Numbered from the whole stretch's first letter, positions 50,721 to 63,668 are shown. The stretch is 63,668 bases of DNA, filler included, from Folioceros fuciformis (GCA_049999805.1; 4 parts of 2 records of this genome joined end to end with filler, not necessarily neighbours in it); one strand, 5' to 3'. Translations and numbers: made by a program. Notes: generated by a model from the sequence alone, not told the origin.

Positions 50721-52406
50721 ACCCTCACGTATGCGCAAACAGTTTACCAGATCAAGAAACCCGAACACTGCAATACAAACCGAGAGCAGCAACCTGAAAT
50801 CGAGCTCCCCAGCTCACCGTCTCCTCGAATTCCGTTCCTTCATCACCCCAAGTTTGCACTCCAGAATGAACTTGGACATGCCACCAACCGAAGTCCGGAC
50901 ACAAACTTCTCCTGGTACCTGTTGTCGTTGGATTAAAAGACACCAATCTTTTGTTCAACAGAGAACAAGATCCCATCCAACCGAGGGAGCCGAACAGCGT
51001 CCCCCACCGAGCCTGGGCTCACAATCTTGTTCCTCCATGCTCGGGCAGGAAATAGTGGGATAGTCTCGCTCCACTCAGCGGCTGGAGGGCTGAGGTGGCA
51101 GCAACGTCCTTTAGCGCGCATTTCTTGCGTCACGCTAACTTGAAATTCACAAGAGTGCGTGACAGTTATAGTAACATGGAGGAATTGCAATCCGCACTGC
51201 ACCTCAGCGGTGTCTTCCACTTGCTTACATAAGTCAGAAGAAGCATGATTTCAGGTAGGCTGATGGGAGCAATCGACAGAGATGACGGGCAATCGGGGAT
51301 GGAACGGCTGGATGAGACTCACAATGATTGCCGCGGCACTCTTCCTCCAACTCCACCAGCGGCACACACAATCGATTTCAGCTACTCCGCGCATGTCACA
51401 CCTGACACTGAGGAAAATCCTTCTGGTTCCTACGTTCACTATCCAGTGGCAGGCCAGAAAGCCACCATGTTCGGGGCCGAGCGAGCGTTCGCGGCCCCGC
51501 TGACAGTCGAGGAGGATCGAGCCTCCACCGCCATCGGGTGGTGCCGAGAAAACGTTTTTCTTTGATAGTTTTGACGCACGCGGAGGCGTCGCGTCGAACT
51601 GTACTGGAGCTTATTCTTCATGGAAGCAAAAGGAGTGTCGTCTCTTTTCCTTTTGGCTTGCAGATCAAGGGCCGGAGTGGAATCTTCCTCCGTGCATTTC
51701 ACTACGACAGTGAGAGTAGCTGGGAGCTGGCTGTAGCGAGAGGCACCAAGAGCTTTCGTGCCTGCGAAGCGTTCGTCGCGTTGAACACCGCGTTGCCTGT
51801 GACCGGTTCAAGTCTTAGTGGTTATCGCCTGGCCATGAAGCTTCGGTGCGACGACGAAGCGGACGGCTCTGGACTTTGGGATATTCGTGGCTGATGTGTA
51901 AAGTGTTTAGTGCGGGTTTTACAAACTGAAGCTGTGATTTGGCAATAAATCATGTGATCCTACTATTCTTCTGCGTTGCTGCGGGGAATGGCCGGCTGAC
52001 TTGCTGCAGAAGTCCTCATCCTCGTTGTGTCCATTTTGTCGAAGAAGGTGCACGTCAATCAGCTCTTATACTTCGTTGGCTGCTGGGATAGTGAATTTCC
52101 ACTCATCGCTGCTTGCTGGGGGGTGAAGCGTCTGGTGCTTGCAAGTCCTTGAGCTCAGTGGATGTGTGTGGTTTGGTATTTGGATGGGCATGGGGTGGTT
52201 TTGTTGGGGTAAGATCTGTCTTGGAGGGAGGTGAACCTATGGGCGCTCGATTTGCGTATTATGATCCATAAGGTGGTGACGGCGTGATGCCCGATGCTGA
52301 TGAGCCCTTTGATGTTCTTGCTAGGTGTGAAGACTTCCGTTCTTGATCGGTGGCTTGATGCGTTGCAGGAGCTTCTGTTGCTGATTCGTTGAAGGGGGAG
52401 CTCGTC

Positions 52407-54600
52407 ATGGCTCCGCCAGGGGGTGACGACAGCAGGCAGAAGTCTTCGCATAGCGCGGAGACTTCAGGTGAGGATGAGGCGGATGAGTCCATGAAGCACC
52501 CACTACTGGCACCTCGGCCAGTGGAGGCGAGCAAGTCAATCCCCAGTGCCTCTTCCACAGATGAGCGTGTCGACCAGGGCTACGGGTACTCTGATTTGGA
52601 AGCCGGGGGTGTCTCCTTGGACAGCTCTTTGCTCCCAGAGAACGTCAAGCTGACTGGCTATGTGCACGAGTCTATCAGGAGCTACAAGGATGTGCCCTTT
52701 GCGGTAGCTTACCTGGTTGTGTTTGGTCTAGCTGTACTGGTGGGGATGGTGGCGCTCAACACAGGTGATCACCGGTTTCACAGGTACCATGGTGAGTACG
52801 TCAGGCACCACTCTTTTTTCGACAAGCAGGGGATTTGTTCGGTGAAACATCCTTCTTTCCTCGCGCCAGGAGAGGATCGGACCGTGTTCAAGGATAGCTT
52901 CGACCCGCTCAGGCTACCCTTGCAGGTTCATGGATACAGAGGACACAGAGATTACCGGGAAGGGAGAGATCATGATGATTCTCCTGACTTGATGGGATTG
53001 ATTATCGGGAGCACTGTTCTGCTTACTATGCTAGCGGTGAGTGTGGGTGCGGCATTGGGAATAGGCATGGCCTACAACTGGCTGTTTAAGAAGTACACTG
53101 AGCAGATTACGAAGCGGGTCATTCCTGGGTTTCTTATGACGTGCATACTGCTGTTGTTGGGGGGTGCAACCTTGTCAGGAAATAGTGCACAGTCCTGGCT
53201 GTGTCTGAGTGTTGCTTTCCTCTTCTGTGTATTTCTTGTATTGTTTCTCCGCCGGAGTAGACTGGGCAACTTTGAACTGTCAATCAGGATTTTGAAGGTC
53301 GCTTCACAGTCTATCAGCGACAATCTCCAGCTGCTAAGCGTGATGCTATACTTGCTCAGTGCTTGCATAGCTATATCATCTTTGGTGTGGATCGTCATAG
53401 CTGGTACCTTCAACCATCACTCTGTTCTCATCCCCAATCCTGATCTTATACCTGGAGCTACATGTGGTGGCGAGGATCTGGATGCTGTACCTTGCTGCGT
53501 CAGAGTCTTGGAGGACTGGACCAAATTCTACGCTGGATTCGTCGGAGGTTTCTGCATCTGGAGTCTCTTCCTATTGCGACAGCTTCGTACATATTGTATC
53601 AGTGGAACGGTGGGACAGTGGTATTTTGCTCCCAGTGGGTCCAGTTCCGTCCATTTTACCACGTCTGCCTTGAGGTAAAGCCCTTCCACTCGATGCTTCT
53701 CACTTCTCTTCAGAATTCTGTTTCCCGAACAGTTCTTCTTATCTTGTGACTGGCTCCGATTCAGGAACGGTGTAGGAAAATCCTTCGGAACATTGTGCTG
53801 TGCTGGCCTCACGTCCGGCATCATGTACTTTGTGAGGTATTTGGCTTCGAGGTTGCCTGCAAGAGACGCTTGTCAGGGTGTTGTTGCTGTCTTCACCAGG
53901 TGACATTTCGAAGCCTATCCTATCTATCTATTGCCTACGTCTTGCCATGAACAGACTTCTAAAGAGTTTTGTGACATGTCCAGATGTTGTCTAAGGCACC
54001 TCGAGGGGATTGTTACCTTCTTCACCAGATTCACGGTGAGCTTCGCGGCCATCACAGGGGAGAGCTTCCTGTCATCTGCCAAGCTTACCGTCAACCTCCT
54101 GAAACGCAACTTTTGCTCAACTGTGGTGGTGGACCTGTTTGCCGACTATGTCCTTCAGCTATATGCACTCCTTTGTATTGTGATTACGACTTTGGTAAGT
54201 CCGTGTAGGAGTCTCTCTTTCTTGCTGATTGCATGCTCGACGATCCGCTTGCTGATGAAATCATTGGTCCTCATTTCAGGTGCTGGTTGGCGTGTTCCGA
54301 TTCACATCTTTGTTCATCCATTTTGAGCCAGACGTCGACGGGATCACCGGGGTCCAGTTTACGCTCATGTTTACAAGGGTGATCCTGATGTTGGTCCTTG
54401 TGGCGTCGTGGTACGTGCTGCTGTGGTTCGCCGGAGCAATGAGGGTAGCGGTGGACACCATTTACATTTGTTTCGCTCTCGACAAGGAAGTGGGCAAAGT
54501 CTCAAAGCCGGAGGCGTATGAAGTTTACGTCCTACTTCCCTCATCCGATCCTGACGACGGGAACCTGGCCGTTGGCATCTCTTCCACAAGGTGCTCCTAG
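52407..54600 (+). CDS. Choline transporter-like (CTL/SLC44) membrane protein, four exons (52407-53674, 53765-53899, 53984-54194, 54280-54600)
   Basis: RSYKDVPF, multiple TM helices, YCISGTVGQWYF, SFGTLC, FAAITGESFLSSA, VDTIYICFALDK; canonical splice sites preserve the frame. Confidence 0.9.
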
Positions 54601-55479
54601 GTGTGGTCTTCGGCATCGTATTGTGGTCCACAATACATAGTACATAGTTTAGTGCTCAGTAGATGGCTTGTTACAGTACACAGTACATAGCTTGTAAATT
54701 ACTGGGGAACTTCATACAGAGTGCATAGCGTGTGAAATATTGAGGAGGCTTTCTGGGTATGGGCTCTACTGCTGACCATAGCTTAGTGCTTTCCTACTAC
54801 CCATTCTGCACCTTCCAGGTGTGGCACCGGGGTTATAAAGCTTAACCGCAATGTATGAGCATAGCATTGCGTTGAAGTGCAGCATTCATCGTCAACCCGT
54901 TTCGGCGATGTTTCGTGCACAAGACTCCTGACATTTGCAAGTCTGCAGCAGGGCAGGTAGAATAATCAAGGGGATCAGTCTGCAGTTAACTCACTACTCT
55001 ATTTCCCAAACATTACTCGAAATGTGACAAGCCTGACAGGGCCTTTTCCAATTACAATGCGCAGCTAGGCCGCAGTTGCCCAACAGAACGGGTGATAACG
55101 ATTTCTGAAATCTTTTTATCCATTTTTGGGTCATCACTGCACCATATAATTGCAGTTTATTCTATCAATAAAGGACGAACAATGATTCTGGTTCCATACA
55201 TTCGCCTGGATTATAATAATGGAAATGCCGATTCATGATTCGTTAGTAAAAAAGTAATGATTTTGCTGCACGGATGTCCCATGACCTCGTACCATGGCTA
55301 GCCCTCCAAGCCCCGATCCTATTCACCTCAAGCTGGCTAATCCTCCAAGGTTTGATGTGTGCAATCTCATGCCTACCCCTCCTCCAAGTTGCTATACTCC
55401 ATTCATGCAACTAGTTGCCATGTGATTCACTCCATATATCAGGCCTTCTACATCTTCGACCGATTGTTAAATACAATTT

Positions 55480-57700
55480 CATATGATGACGACAAGGACG
55501 TCTTGCCAAAAGTTGCTAGAGAGGGGAACTTTAGGTGGTCAAATGAAGCCACAATAGTTTTGGTTGAAGCATACCACAAGATGTATTCACAACAATTACA
55601 ACAAAGCAACTTGGGCAACCACGGATTAAGAAGAGGTCTCTAACGCAACTCTCTTGCCCAGCAGTACAGGGAAGACGTGCAAGCAAAAATTGGAGAATTT
55701 AAAGAGAAAGTATCGTGGCGAAAGGAAGAACAAGACAACCACATGGAACACCAACAACACATAGCCACATTTCATTGCAATGGCAACTCTTTGTGAAGGG
55801 AACTCTAAGTTTGTTGAGTGATTGTAAGAGTGGATCCAAAATTTTGCACTCAACATTTCAAGAGCTCAATGAAATGAAGCTCTCAAGAGAAGGAACTGGA
55901 GGAAGTGAGACACATCCCCCCAACTACAATGCCAACCACATCTCTAATAGCCAATAACAAGGACCAGCAACCACCATAAGCAAGGAGACAAGCATAGTAC
56001 ATAATCCTCATGTAGTCACTTGAAGGCTCAAAGGATAAAAAAAAGCAAAGGTCTTCCGTGGGCTCACTTAGTAAGGAGTTATCGAAGGGCATTTCCCATT
56101 TTGCAAAGTGTATGGCTCAAATGGAAGTGGAAACACAAAAGACCTTGGAAGCAACATGTGTACAAAGCCAATGGATTCTACAATTGCAATTACTCTAACG
56201 TAAGTTAAGATAAGAGGAAATGCAATTGCAAAACCATATCACAATTATCAAGCTACTCTTCAAACCAAGTTCTTGTCCTATTAGAAATTATGGTCATGGT
56301 GGTTGGAAGTGAGCATGTTCAGCATTGTACATAAATCTTAGGCAAGTCAAGTGGCTTTTGGTAAGCTTATGTGTGTGTTAAACAACTATGTGTTCTATTT
56401 GCATGTGTGCTCCATATACTTGTGTGCAAGTCTGGTGATTGGGTGTTAACGTTTTGAGCAATTCTAGGGCAATTCTAGTGCATGTATGTGGATATATCGT
56501 TCTCTTCTCTGAGTGCTTCTATGCTTCTCTTCTCTACGTGTGTTTCAAGAGAATCTAGGAAGGGTGTGTTCCAAGTGGTTGTGTTCTAAGTAGTGTTCAT
56601 CACACACAAACATAAGGATCGACTTTTGAAAATTCCATCTCTGTTTTATACCACTTACTATTTGCATAGCATGAAAATACATAATACATTATGTGAAGGG
56701 AAATAAATCTGCATCTACCTATTGTAACTTAGGTTTTTTTTGGAGCATATAAAAATGACCAAGCACACAACACACTCCTACAACTTGGTAAGTACACTAA
56801 AGTCTAACAATCCAAATTTTCAAGATTTGCCACTTGTTTCTCAAGAAGGTAAATGTATTTGCAATCTTTACTCTTCCTTGTTGTAAACTCCTTGTTTTTT
56901 TTGCCACAACTACTCTAATAAACTCAAGATGGCTTTAGAAGAAATGACATCAATGGGTACGCACTATCCTTAAGAAGATATGAATGTTTAGTTTGTTCTT
57001 CTATTTGAAGCACCTTCTTGCAACCTTGTCCACAAGATGCTATCGCCCAAAATTTGGGCATTATAAACACGATCGGTTATGTGCAATATACATCAATAAA
57101 CTTTTTATACACATCACAACACCTTGCAAACACTTGAATGGATGTCATGCCTATACTAATATGCTGCAAGGTTGTGTTGTTGATTGGGCTTTATAGCTAA
57201 CATCATGTAAGAGCAATCTATTGTTTCAACCATGTTTGGTATTATAGTCAATGCTTGAAATTTGTAGAATTTTCATATACCATTTATGCAATGGATAACA
57301 TAGATATGAAGCAAGATAGCAACTTGTTCCTATTGTTCAAATTAGAAACTAAGATTGTGTACAACACCTCTCTTGAAGCTCCTACCATGGGCCCAACATA
57401 TTCGCAACAATATGAGGTGAAGAATAAGCCAATGGGCGAAGAATAAGAGCAACAACATGATGAGTCTCTAACGGTTCTCAAATCGAAGAATGGTTAATAA
57501 ATGGCTGCAACAAATCCACCAACCTTACAAACAAAGGATTTGAAGCTTCGTCCATAGCAACTATAAAGAAGACCAATGAAATTGTACAATAAATTAAAAC
57601 ATAATACGAAATAGAGCCATTTATCAATGTACAAGACATAATCATTACAACATATAAGGGTCTTAAAAGAACCTTCAAAGAAATTAAAGTCCAACATCCG
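55480..57700. mobile_element. PIF/Harbinger transposon remnant: Myb/SANT-like ORF on +, DDE transposase on -
   Basis: + strand FRWSNEATIVLVEAY and TCKQKLENLKRKYRGE (~55525-55800). - strand LQGVV, YLLKDSAYPL and RVKIANTF..LRNKWQIL (~56780-57150). TIRs not identified. Confidence 0.75.
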
Positions 57701-58032
57701 TCCATGGTGTACACACCAACGGCCCAACCTAAATAACCAAAAGAGAGGCTTTAGGACACAAGAATTTACATGTGGCCACTTTCTCGTGGATACCCGACGG
57801 CCATTAAGGCAAACACGGTCAAACCCGTGCGGACGCACAACTCGAGGTACCCTTATTCATATGCAAATACGCAACATAGCAACATGTGTTTGTGTTGCCA
57901 TTTGTGTTACCGTCACCACATAAATTTCATACCCAGCTTTCCAATTCCTCGGTTTTCCTTACTCGGGAGACAAGGTTTCTAAACCCTTGCTTTCAAACTC
58001 CACTTTCAACTTACGTTTTCGAACTTTACTCT

Positions 58033-58282
58033 TGCAAGAAAGCGTGCGCATGCGGGCAAATGCCTAAGCAGTTGTGGAGATGGCCACAAAAGTGTGCGCA
58101 CGCAAACGGACACCTAAGCAGTTGTGGAGACATCCAACAAATAGTGCGCACGCGGGCAGAAGCCTAAGCAGTTGTGGAGACATGCAAGAAAGCGTACGTA
58201 CGCGAGCAGATGCCTAAGCAACTGTGGAGACAACCAAGAATGCATGCGCACGCGGGCGCATGCCCAAGTAGTTGTGGAGACA
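58033..58282. repeat. Five-copy 50-bp tandem repeat with a conserved ~20-bp core
   Basis: cctaagcagttgtggaga at 58063, 58113, 58163, 58213 and 58263 (the last two with substitutions). Confidence 0.92.
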
Positions 58283-59524
58283 GGCATCACAGGTGACGCA
58301 ATTCACAAGGGAAGTGGTGAGCTTGTGATTGTCTGAGCATTTGCATAAACGAGATATTTTATCATTTGCACTGACGGGATGTTTCACCATATATGTAGAC
58401 CAGAAGGCAGATATGATAGCCAAGCAAATGCATGAATGGTAGGCCTATGCGGACACCTGAATAGCTTCCCTCACTCCTTTGCAGACATCAAGGAATCACC
58501 TACACAACGTCAGCAAGATGGGGTCTCCCCACAGGGAAAATATCACAGCATGCCACTTCACAAGTTCCAAACATTGAGTTCAATTGTCTGAGGTGTTTGA
58601 ACATTCCAAATTTGCTTTAATTCTTCATGAATAAGATGATTGTTTGCCTTAACAAAAATTATATCAGTAGGTGGTAAGATGTCTATGTTGCATGCTACTT
58701 TTGGTGTCTGTGCATGTAGGGGTGGTAAGTATAGAGTGACCAGCGACATGTTTGAAGGTATGAAATTGCTAAAGGCTGAAATTCTTCCTCTCATTACATG
58801 CTTCTTGCCTCAGTTGAAATTGTGCCTACTTTATAGGAGGGCTACTTTCGATATTGCCTTCATAGGCTTGTAAAGCACATAAGTGTAGGGACCGATTACA
58901 CTCACCAATTTGAAGGAGCAAATTTCTTTTGTTGTCATGGTACGAACAACTTCAGCTATGATTTATGTTCAGACTCATTTGCTATTACTCCATTGCTTCA
59001 TTGTATGCCTATTGAGGCTTATGCATAGAGTTTGGATTTCTTCCTTCCAAGAGTAAAAACCTACCTTTCATCAAACCAAAAAAACTGTAGAGTTATGATC
59101 TAAAACCAAAACAATGGATCATGGCCTTCTTAAACGAAAAAGTATAAACTTGATAAAAAAAGTGCTATCTTCTATCATATCCATTCTAATAAGAGGACTA
59201 TCGGCTTCTAAAACCAAAGGCCTATTTCACCTTATCATTCAAATCAGTTGCCTAAGTTCCTTCTTACCGTCTTCTTTTCTTGCACACAACTTCCTCCAAA
59301 CCAATATATCGTTTCAGTCTATTCGTTCCCTCATTCTCATCATATGTTTTCCGCGCTTCTTTTCGTTGAGGTTTTTCATCTGCCTATGCGATTATTTGTC
59401 TAAGCTTATGTTCAGTTTGCTCCATGATGGTCAAAAGTTAAATTTTCACGCTTATATGCGGTGTTACATACTTCAGCACATGCCGTTTTAATAAAATCCA
59501 ACCGTTTTCTTTTGTTACCTCAAA

Positions 59525-60200
59525 CTATTTGTTTGATATTGGTGCTACTAAGGGGTTGGTAGGCAATACATTGTTTGGAGCTTCTTCATCCTGTTTCCCT
59601 AAAGCCATAGTTAACTTCTTACCATTACTACTTTCAGCAACATTTGTTCTATTTATTTTCCCATTTTTCCTAACTGCTAATGCACCATCCTTGTCTATGC
59701 CTAGAACTTGTTGAACTTTCACCACGTGTTTGTAAATGAAACCTTTGTTCCCCATAGGACATGTGCATGTAGCCCAAGGAGAGTAAACATGTTCAATCAC
59801 ATACCACAAGTTAGGAGTGGATGAAGACAAACAATGGGCAACAACATTTTTAGCTTGCGGTGAAATAACTGAGCTTGTAAGAATAGTTTCTGCACCCTTT
59901 ATAGCTGTTTCCTCCAAAGCTTCCAACTTCTTGTTATGCCTGTATGCCCCTTCTTTTTTAAAGTGTTGGTACCTAAAAGGTCAAACGATCACATTGACTA
60001 ATTGGTGGAGTAATCAGTCTAGTCTACAACAAGGCAAACTTAACTTACTGAATGTTGCACATTCTTTTATGAATCTATGGAATCCTTCCACAACTGAAGT
60101 TATGTTGCATTGCATGAGGCAACATTCTAGCATTACACTACCACGTATCTTTAGTCTCCTCCCATGGGGTCTTCATATACCTCACAACAGGTGTGTTAGT
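59525..60200 (-). mobile_element. SWIM zinc-finger/MULE-related remnant (C-terminal part)
   Basis: RLD*LLHQLV and SWIM-like WATCTCPMGNKGFIYKHVVKV (third Cys changed to Tyr); stops present. Confidence 0.65.
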
Positions 60201-60859
60201 TGGCAACTCTTCTAAATTACCACAAGAATGTAAATCCATATTGTTATCTTTCAACCCTAAACCCCCATCTCTAATGATAAAACCCTAATCCTAGCCCTAA
60301 CCCTAATCTCGATCTTGAAACAACATCTGTATCTCTAATAATAACACAAGGACGCTTCAAAACAAGTTTCACATGCCGCTCTAAACTCGCACCTAACATT
60401 GCACTTGTAACCTTAAAAAATATTATTAGTACCAAGTAAACGGATACAAATTCCAGGGTTTCTCATGTCTCGTGTTGAGAACACTTGTGGCCATCCGTTC
60501 CCTACTGTATGACTTACTATGGTATGGCCATGGGCAAGAACATAAAGGTACATGTAGNNNNNNNNNNNNNNNNNNNNNNNNNNNNNNNNNNNNNNNNNNN
60601 NTTAATTAATTAANNNNNNNNNNNNNNNNNNNNNNNNNNNNNNNNNNNNNNNNNNNNACAGTCACAATAAAGCTTGTTATCGAGCAGATTGAGTCTACTT
60701 AGCCGACTTCACGACCGGCAGAGCTGGATTGAGTCGACTCAGCGGGCAGAACCAGAGACCACAGTACGCGCAGTCCTGGAGCCCGGTGAGAGCTTGAAGA
60801 GCCGGGGTGGCACAGTCGCGTCAAAGCCCGCTCGATGGTTTCTCGGAAGAGCAAGGACA

Positions 60860-62070
60860 ATGACAATGGGGCTGCCATCGCTCCCGTCTTCGAGCCTCCA
60901 GGCTCGGCCGCAGCGGAGCGGGCTGCTGCAACAGCTCCCTCCTGTGCACTGCTTGTAGCCTGCGACGGCGCTTCCGACGCGCAACCTCGGGCATGCCAGC
61001 CGCAGCCTGGCGCTCTTGCCACACCTTGGTTAGGGGCTGCTCGCAAGCCTCTTTGTGCATCACCGTTTTCTTATAATCAGCATCACTCCGCTGAGGGGGC
61101 GCCAGCCGGAGGAGTCACTGCCGTAGACCAAGATGCCTTCTTGGAGCTCGTCGTGGCGCTGGAGACAAGCTGGTGGTTCTGGAAATGTACACCCAGAGGT
61201 AAGTGAGGGTGCCGTCATCGCCTTGGCTATGGCAATGCATTCCCCGCTTTTCTCTCCCCCTAACCTGACTCACTTGACTGAGCAGTGCTTGTTTGCCGAA
61301 TGACGTAATGTTTGAACTCTTCCTTTCCAAGTGCCCGCGGTGCGAGTCCGTATCCGGCAAGTTCGAGGAGCTTTCCCGGAAGTACACAGATGTAATGTTC
61401 CTCAAGGTGGACTGCACCAGAGACCGTAACGTTCGCACCCGTCTCACACGTAGAGAGCCTGTACACTGCCGGTCCATGCAAGTGAAGATCGGAATGAACA
61501 CTGCTGATTGCTGTGCCCTCAGTCATGTCTGTTTCTTAAGCTTTTCGGTGTTTGTTCCAGAATTGGCTAGGGAAGTGCGGTTGCAGGTGGTGCCTAATAT
61601 CAGGTTTTTCATGCGCGGAAAGATTCTCCTGAACTTCTGTACATAGCTCCAGTGCCACACCAGGTCCAACAAACGTCGTTCCTTAGATCAGGGAATCCGA
61701 GGCTGAGATTTCGGAGCTGTTTGCGACAATTTTGTTGTGCCTGCTGACGCTGCAGATGAAGGAGCTTTCGTCTCTTTGGTTTGTGCAGCATCGCTATCCC
61801 AAACCAAAATAGGCGTGGTCAGATCGTTTCCGTAGAGTCATCACCAGTTCCCCCAAACCAAGACAGGCGTGGTCAGATCGTTTCCCTGGAGTCATCACCA
61901 GTTCCTTCCCAACGACGAGATTGCAGTTTGGGCCAATATGATAATATCACACCGGCGAGACCTTGACCTGGGATACCTATTTTTTATTGCTGTCGTGCTC
62001 GTTAGTGATCCGTGTGGAACTCTCGGAAGAGGTCAGCACAAGGAGCTCCTTTGCTGCGATAGGGGTGCAG
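60860..62070 (+). pseudogene. Thioredoxin-f-like pseudogene
   Basis: GVTAVDQDAF, AGDKLVVLEMYTQ, CPRC..KFEELSRKYTDVMFLKVDC, ELAREVRLQVVP and KELL/AAI are collinear with Trx f. 1-nt frameshift at ~61158 and a disrupted acceptor at ~61330. Confidence 0.72.
61798..61905. repeat. Two-copy 54-bp tandem duplication
   Basis: cccaaaccaa.a.aggcgtggtcagatcgtttcc...gagtcatcaccagttcc twice. Confidence 0.85.
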
Positions 62071-63300
62071 ATCTCCTGCGAGGAGTCTTGGTACACGTGC
62101 AGATTGAGCACGGAGATGGGTGGCGAGAAGGCGCGGTGGTACGACAGGCATGAGTTCTGTTGGTATGAGTCCTGCTGGCATACCCGGAAATCCCGTGAGC
62201 GAGCAGTCAGTGATCACAGAAGATGCGGCCCTGAAGAAGATGAGTCGGATGGGGGCGAGTTTGAAGATGACCAGCTGCCAGCACCAGCATAAGCAGGCGG
62301 TCCAGGTGAAGGCGAGTGATCCCACAGCCTGATGCTTCGTATCCTGCGTGCACAGCTCAGGGCTCCAGATCCGTGAAACTTAGATAAGAGTCCTCGCTGG
62401 TGTGCTATGAGAGGTTTGGTGACGGTGGTGAAAAAGCTCGGTCATGTTTCATCTGGCCCGTACTCCACTGAAGAGCAAGTGCATCACCGTTGAGCAAGTG
62501 CATCACCGTTCCATTGGTGCCGATCGAAAGCCCTTAAAATGATCCCCACACCCTAGGGTAACTAATCGCATACCATGTATGTAATATCGGTCAGATCAAG
62601 TGAATCTATGATCAAGTGTAGAGAAGGAAGTATTCCAACAACATTTCAAGTAGTGTGTAGAGAAGGAAGTATTCCAACTAGTCTTCGTAACGTCGGAATT
62701 CCATAATCAAAAAGATGTAGCGCTGTTCACCAGCTAAGGAACCAAAAGATATATAGTGTAGATATCAAATAATCAACTATTGCAACTTATGTGCCACCCA
62801 TTATGGTAATTTAATTGCTACTCATTGTAGCAACAATTGCAAATTATGTCTAATGCATCCATCTTGCATGCAACATAGGGTCCACATAGTCTAGGCCTTG
62901 CTACTAACGTTGGGTTGGACTTCAAGTAATCTAGGTCTAGATCTTGCCACCGCTTGCAATTAACATTGAGTCCACATCTTGACTTGTTGGCAACATTAGA
63001 TCCACAAACTCTACACTTTAAATTTGCCAATGACATTACATTCTCGCTATAGCCTTAGCAATGAAAAAAGTTACCTACCTTGCCAAAGATATGAGTTGTG
63101 TGTCCACATTATCCCTTGCTAGGCATTATAAGTTGGGTCCTTCTCAAAAGCATTGAGTAGAGACTACACCTTCCTAGAATCATTTGATCGACACTACTAC
63201 TCTGAGAGAGTAGTAGTGTAGTAGGCTTGCCATTGGGTCATTCAATCCACACTACTACTCAATTGCCATTGGGTCCACACTGCGCCATTGAGTTTGAACT

Positions 63301-63510
63301 ATGCCTCGTAGAATCATTCAATCCACATTATGTCTTGCTAGAATCATGCAGTCCACACTACACCTTGCAAGAATCATGCAATTCACATTACGCCTTGCTA
63401 GAATCATGCAATCCACACTATGCCTTGCAAGAATCATGCAATCCACACTATGCCTTGTAAGAATCATGCGATCCACGCTACGCCTTGCTAGAATCATGTA
63501 GTCCACACTA
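63301..63510. repeat. Seven-copy 30-bp minisatellite
   Basis: Consensus tgccttgctagaatcatgcaatccacacta, period 30. Confidence 0.92.
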
Positions 63511-63668
63511 CTAGCTTGCCATGTGGTACACACTGTGCCTTTCTCATAACATACATTGGGTTTAGGATCCATATTACCACTTTTGAGTTCATGCTGCACG
63601 TCACCATACACTGGGTCCATATTCATGTTTTTATAGATCGATAAATTGATTAACAGCGAGCACAAGGC

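Noticed and set aside
50800-51900. Short ORFs between the CTL paralogs
   Set aside because: No motif or consistent reading frame recognised.
58033-58282. CRISPR-like repeat-spacer pattern
   Set aside because: The apparent spacers are homologous to each other, so this is a diverged tandem repeat.

Overview
Eukaryotic land-plant genomic DNA from a draft scaffold (N gaps, three of them with an artificial TTAATTAATTAA linker). Short GT-AG introns, very tight gene spacing, PLS-class PPR genes and an intact methionine synthase reductase fit a bryophyte, most likely a hornwort (inference). 1.9-19 kb is a dense block of apparently intact genes: purple acid phosphatase, MTRR with an unusual hydrophobic N-terminal extension, two single-domain Gnk2/DUF26 secreted proteins, GLYR2, CDKD and YY1. 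19.4-34.7 kb is a rearranged zone: a PPR pseudogene holding a mitoferrin fragment and a micro-inversion, two inverted stand-alone PGG genes, LRR, SWIM and myosin fragments, minisatellites and a myosin VIII pseudogene. 35-45.6 kb is a nested retrotransposon cluster. It holds a Copia with an extra 5' ORF, split by a 4.6-kb TG..CA insertion with a perfect CCTTT target duplication, no gag-pol or LTR pair, but a decayed gene. 46-54.6 kb has mitoferrin and a head-to-head CTL/SLC44 gene-pseudogene pair. The rest is Harbinger and SWIM/MULE remnants, a Trx-f-like pseudogene and tandem repeats. All protein assignments come from motif recognition and remembered family sequences; no searches were run.
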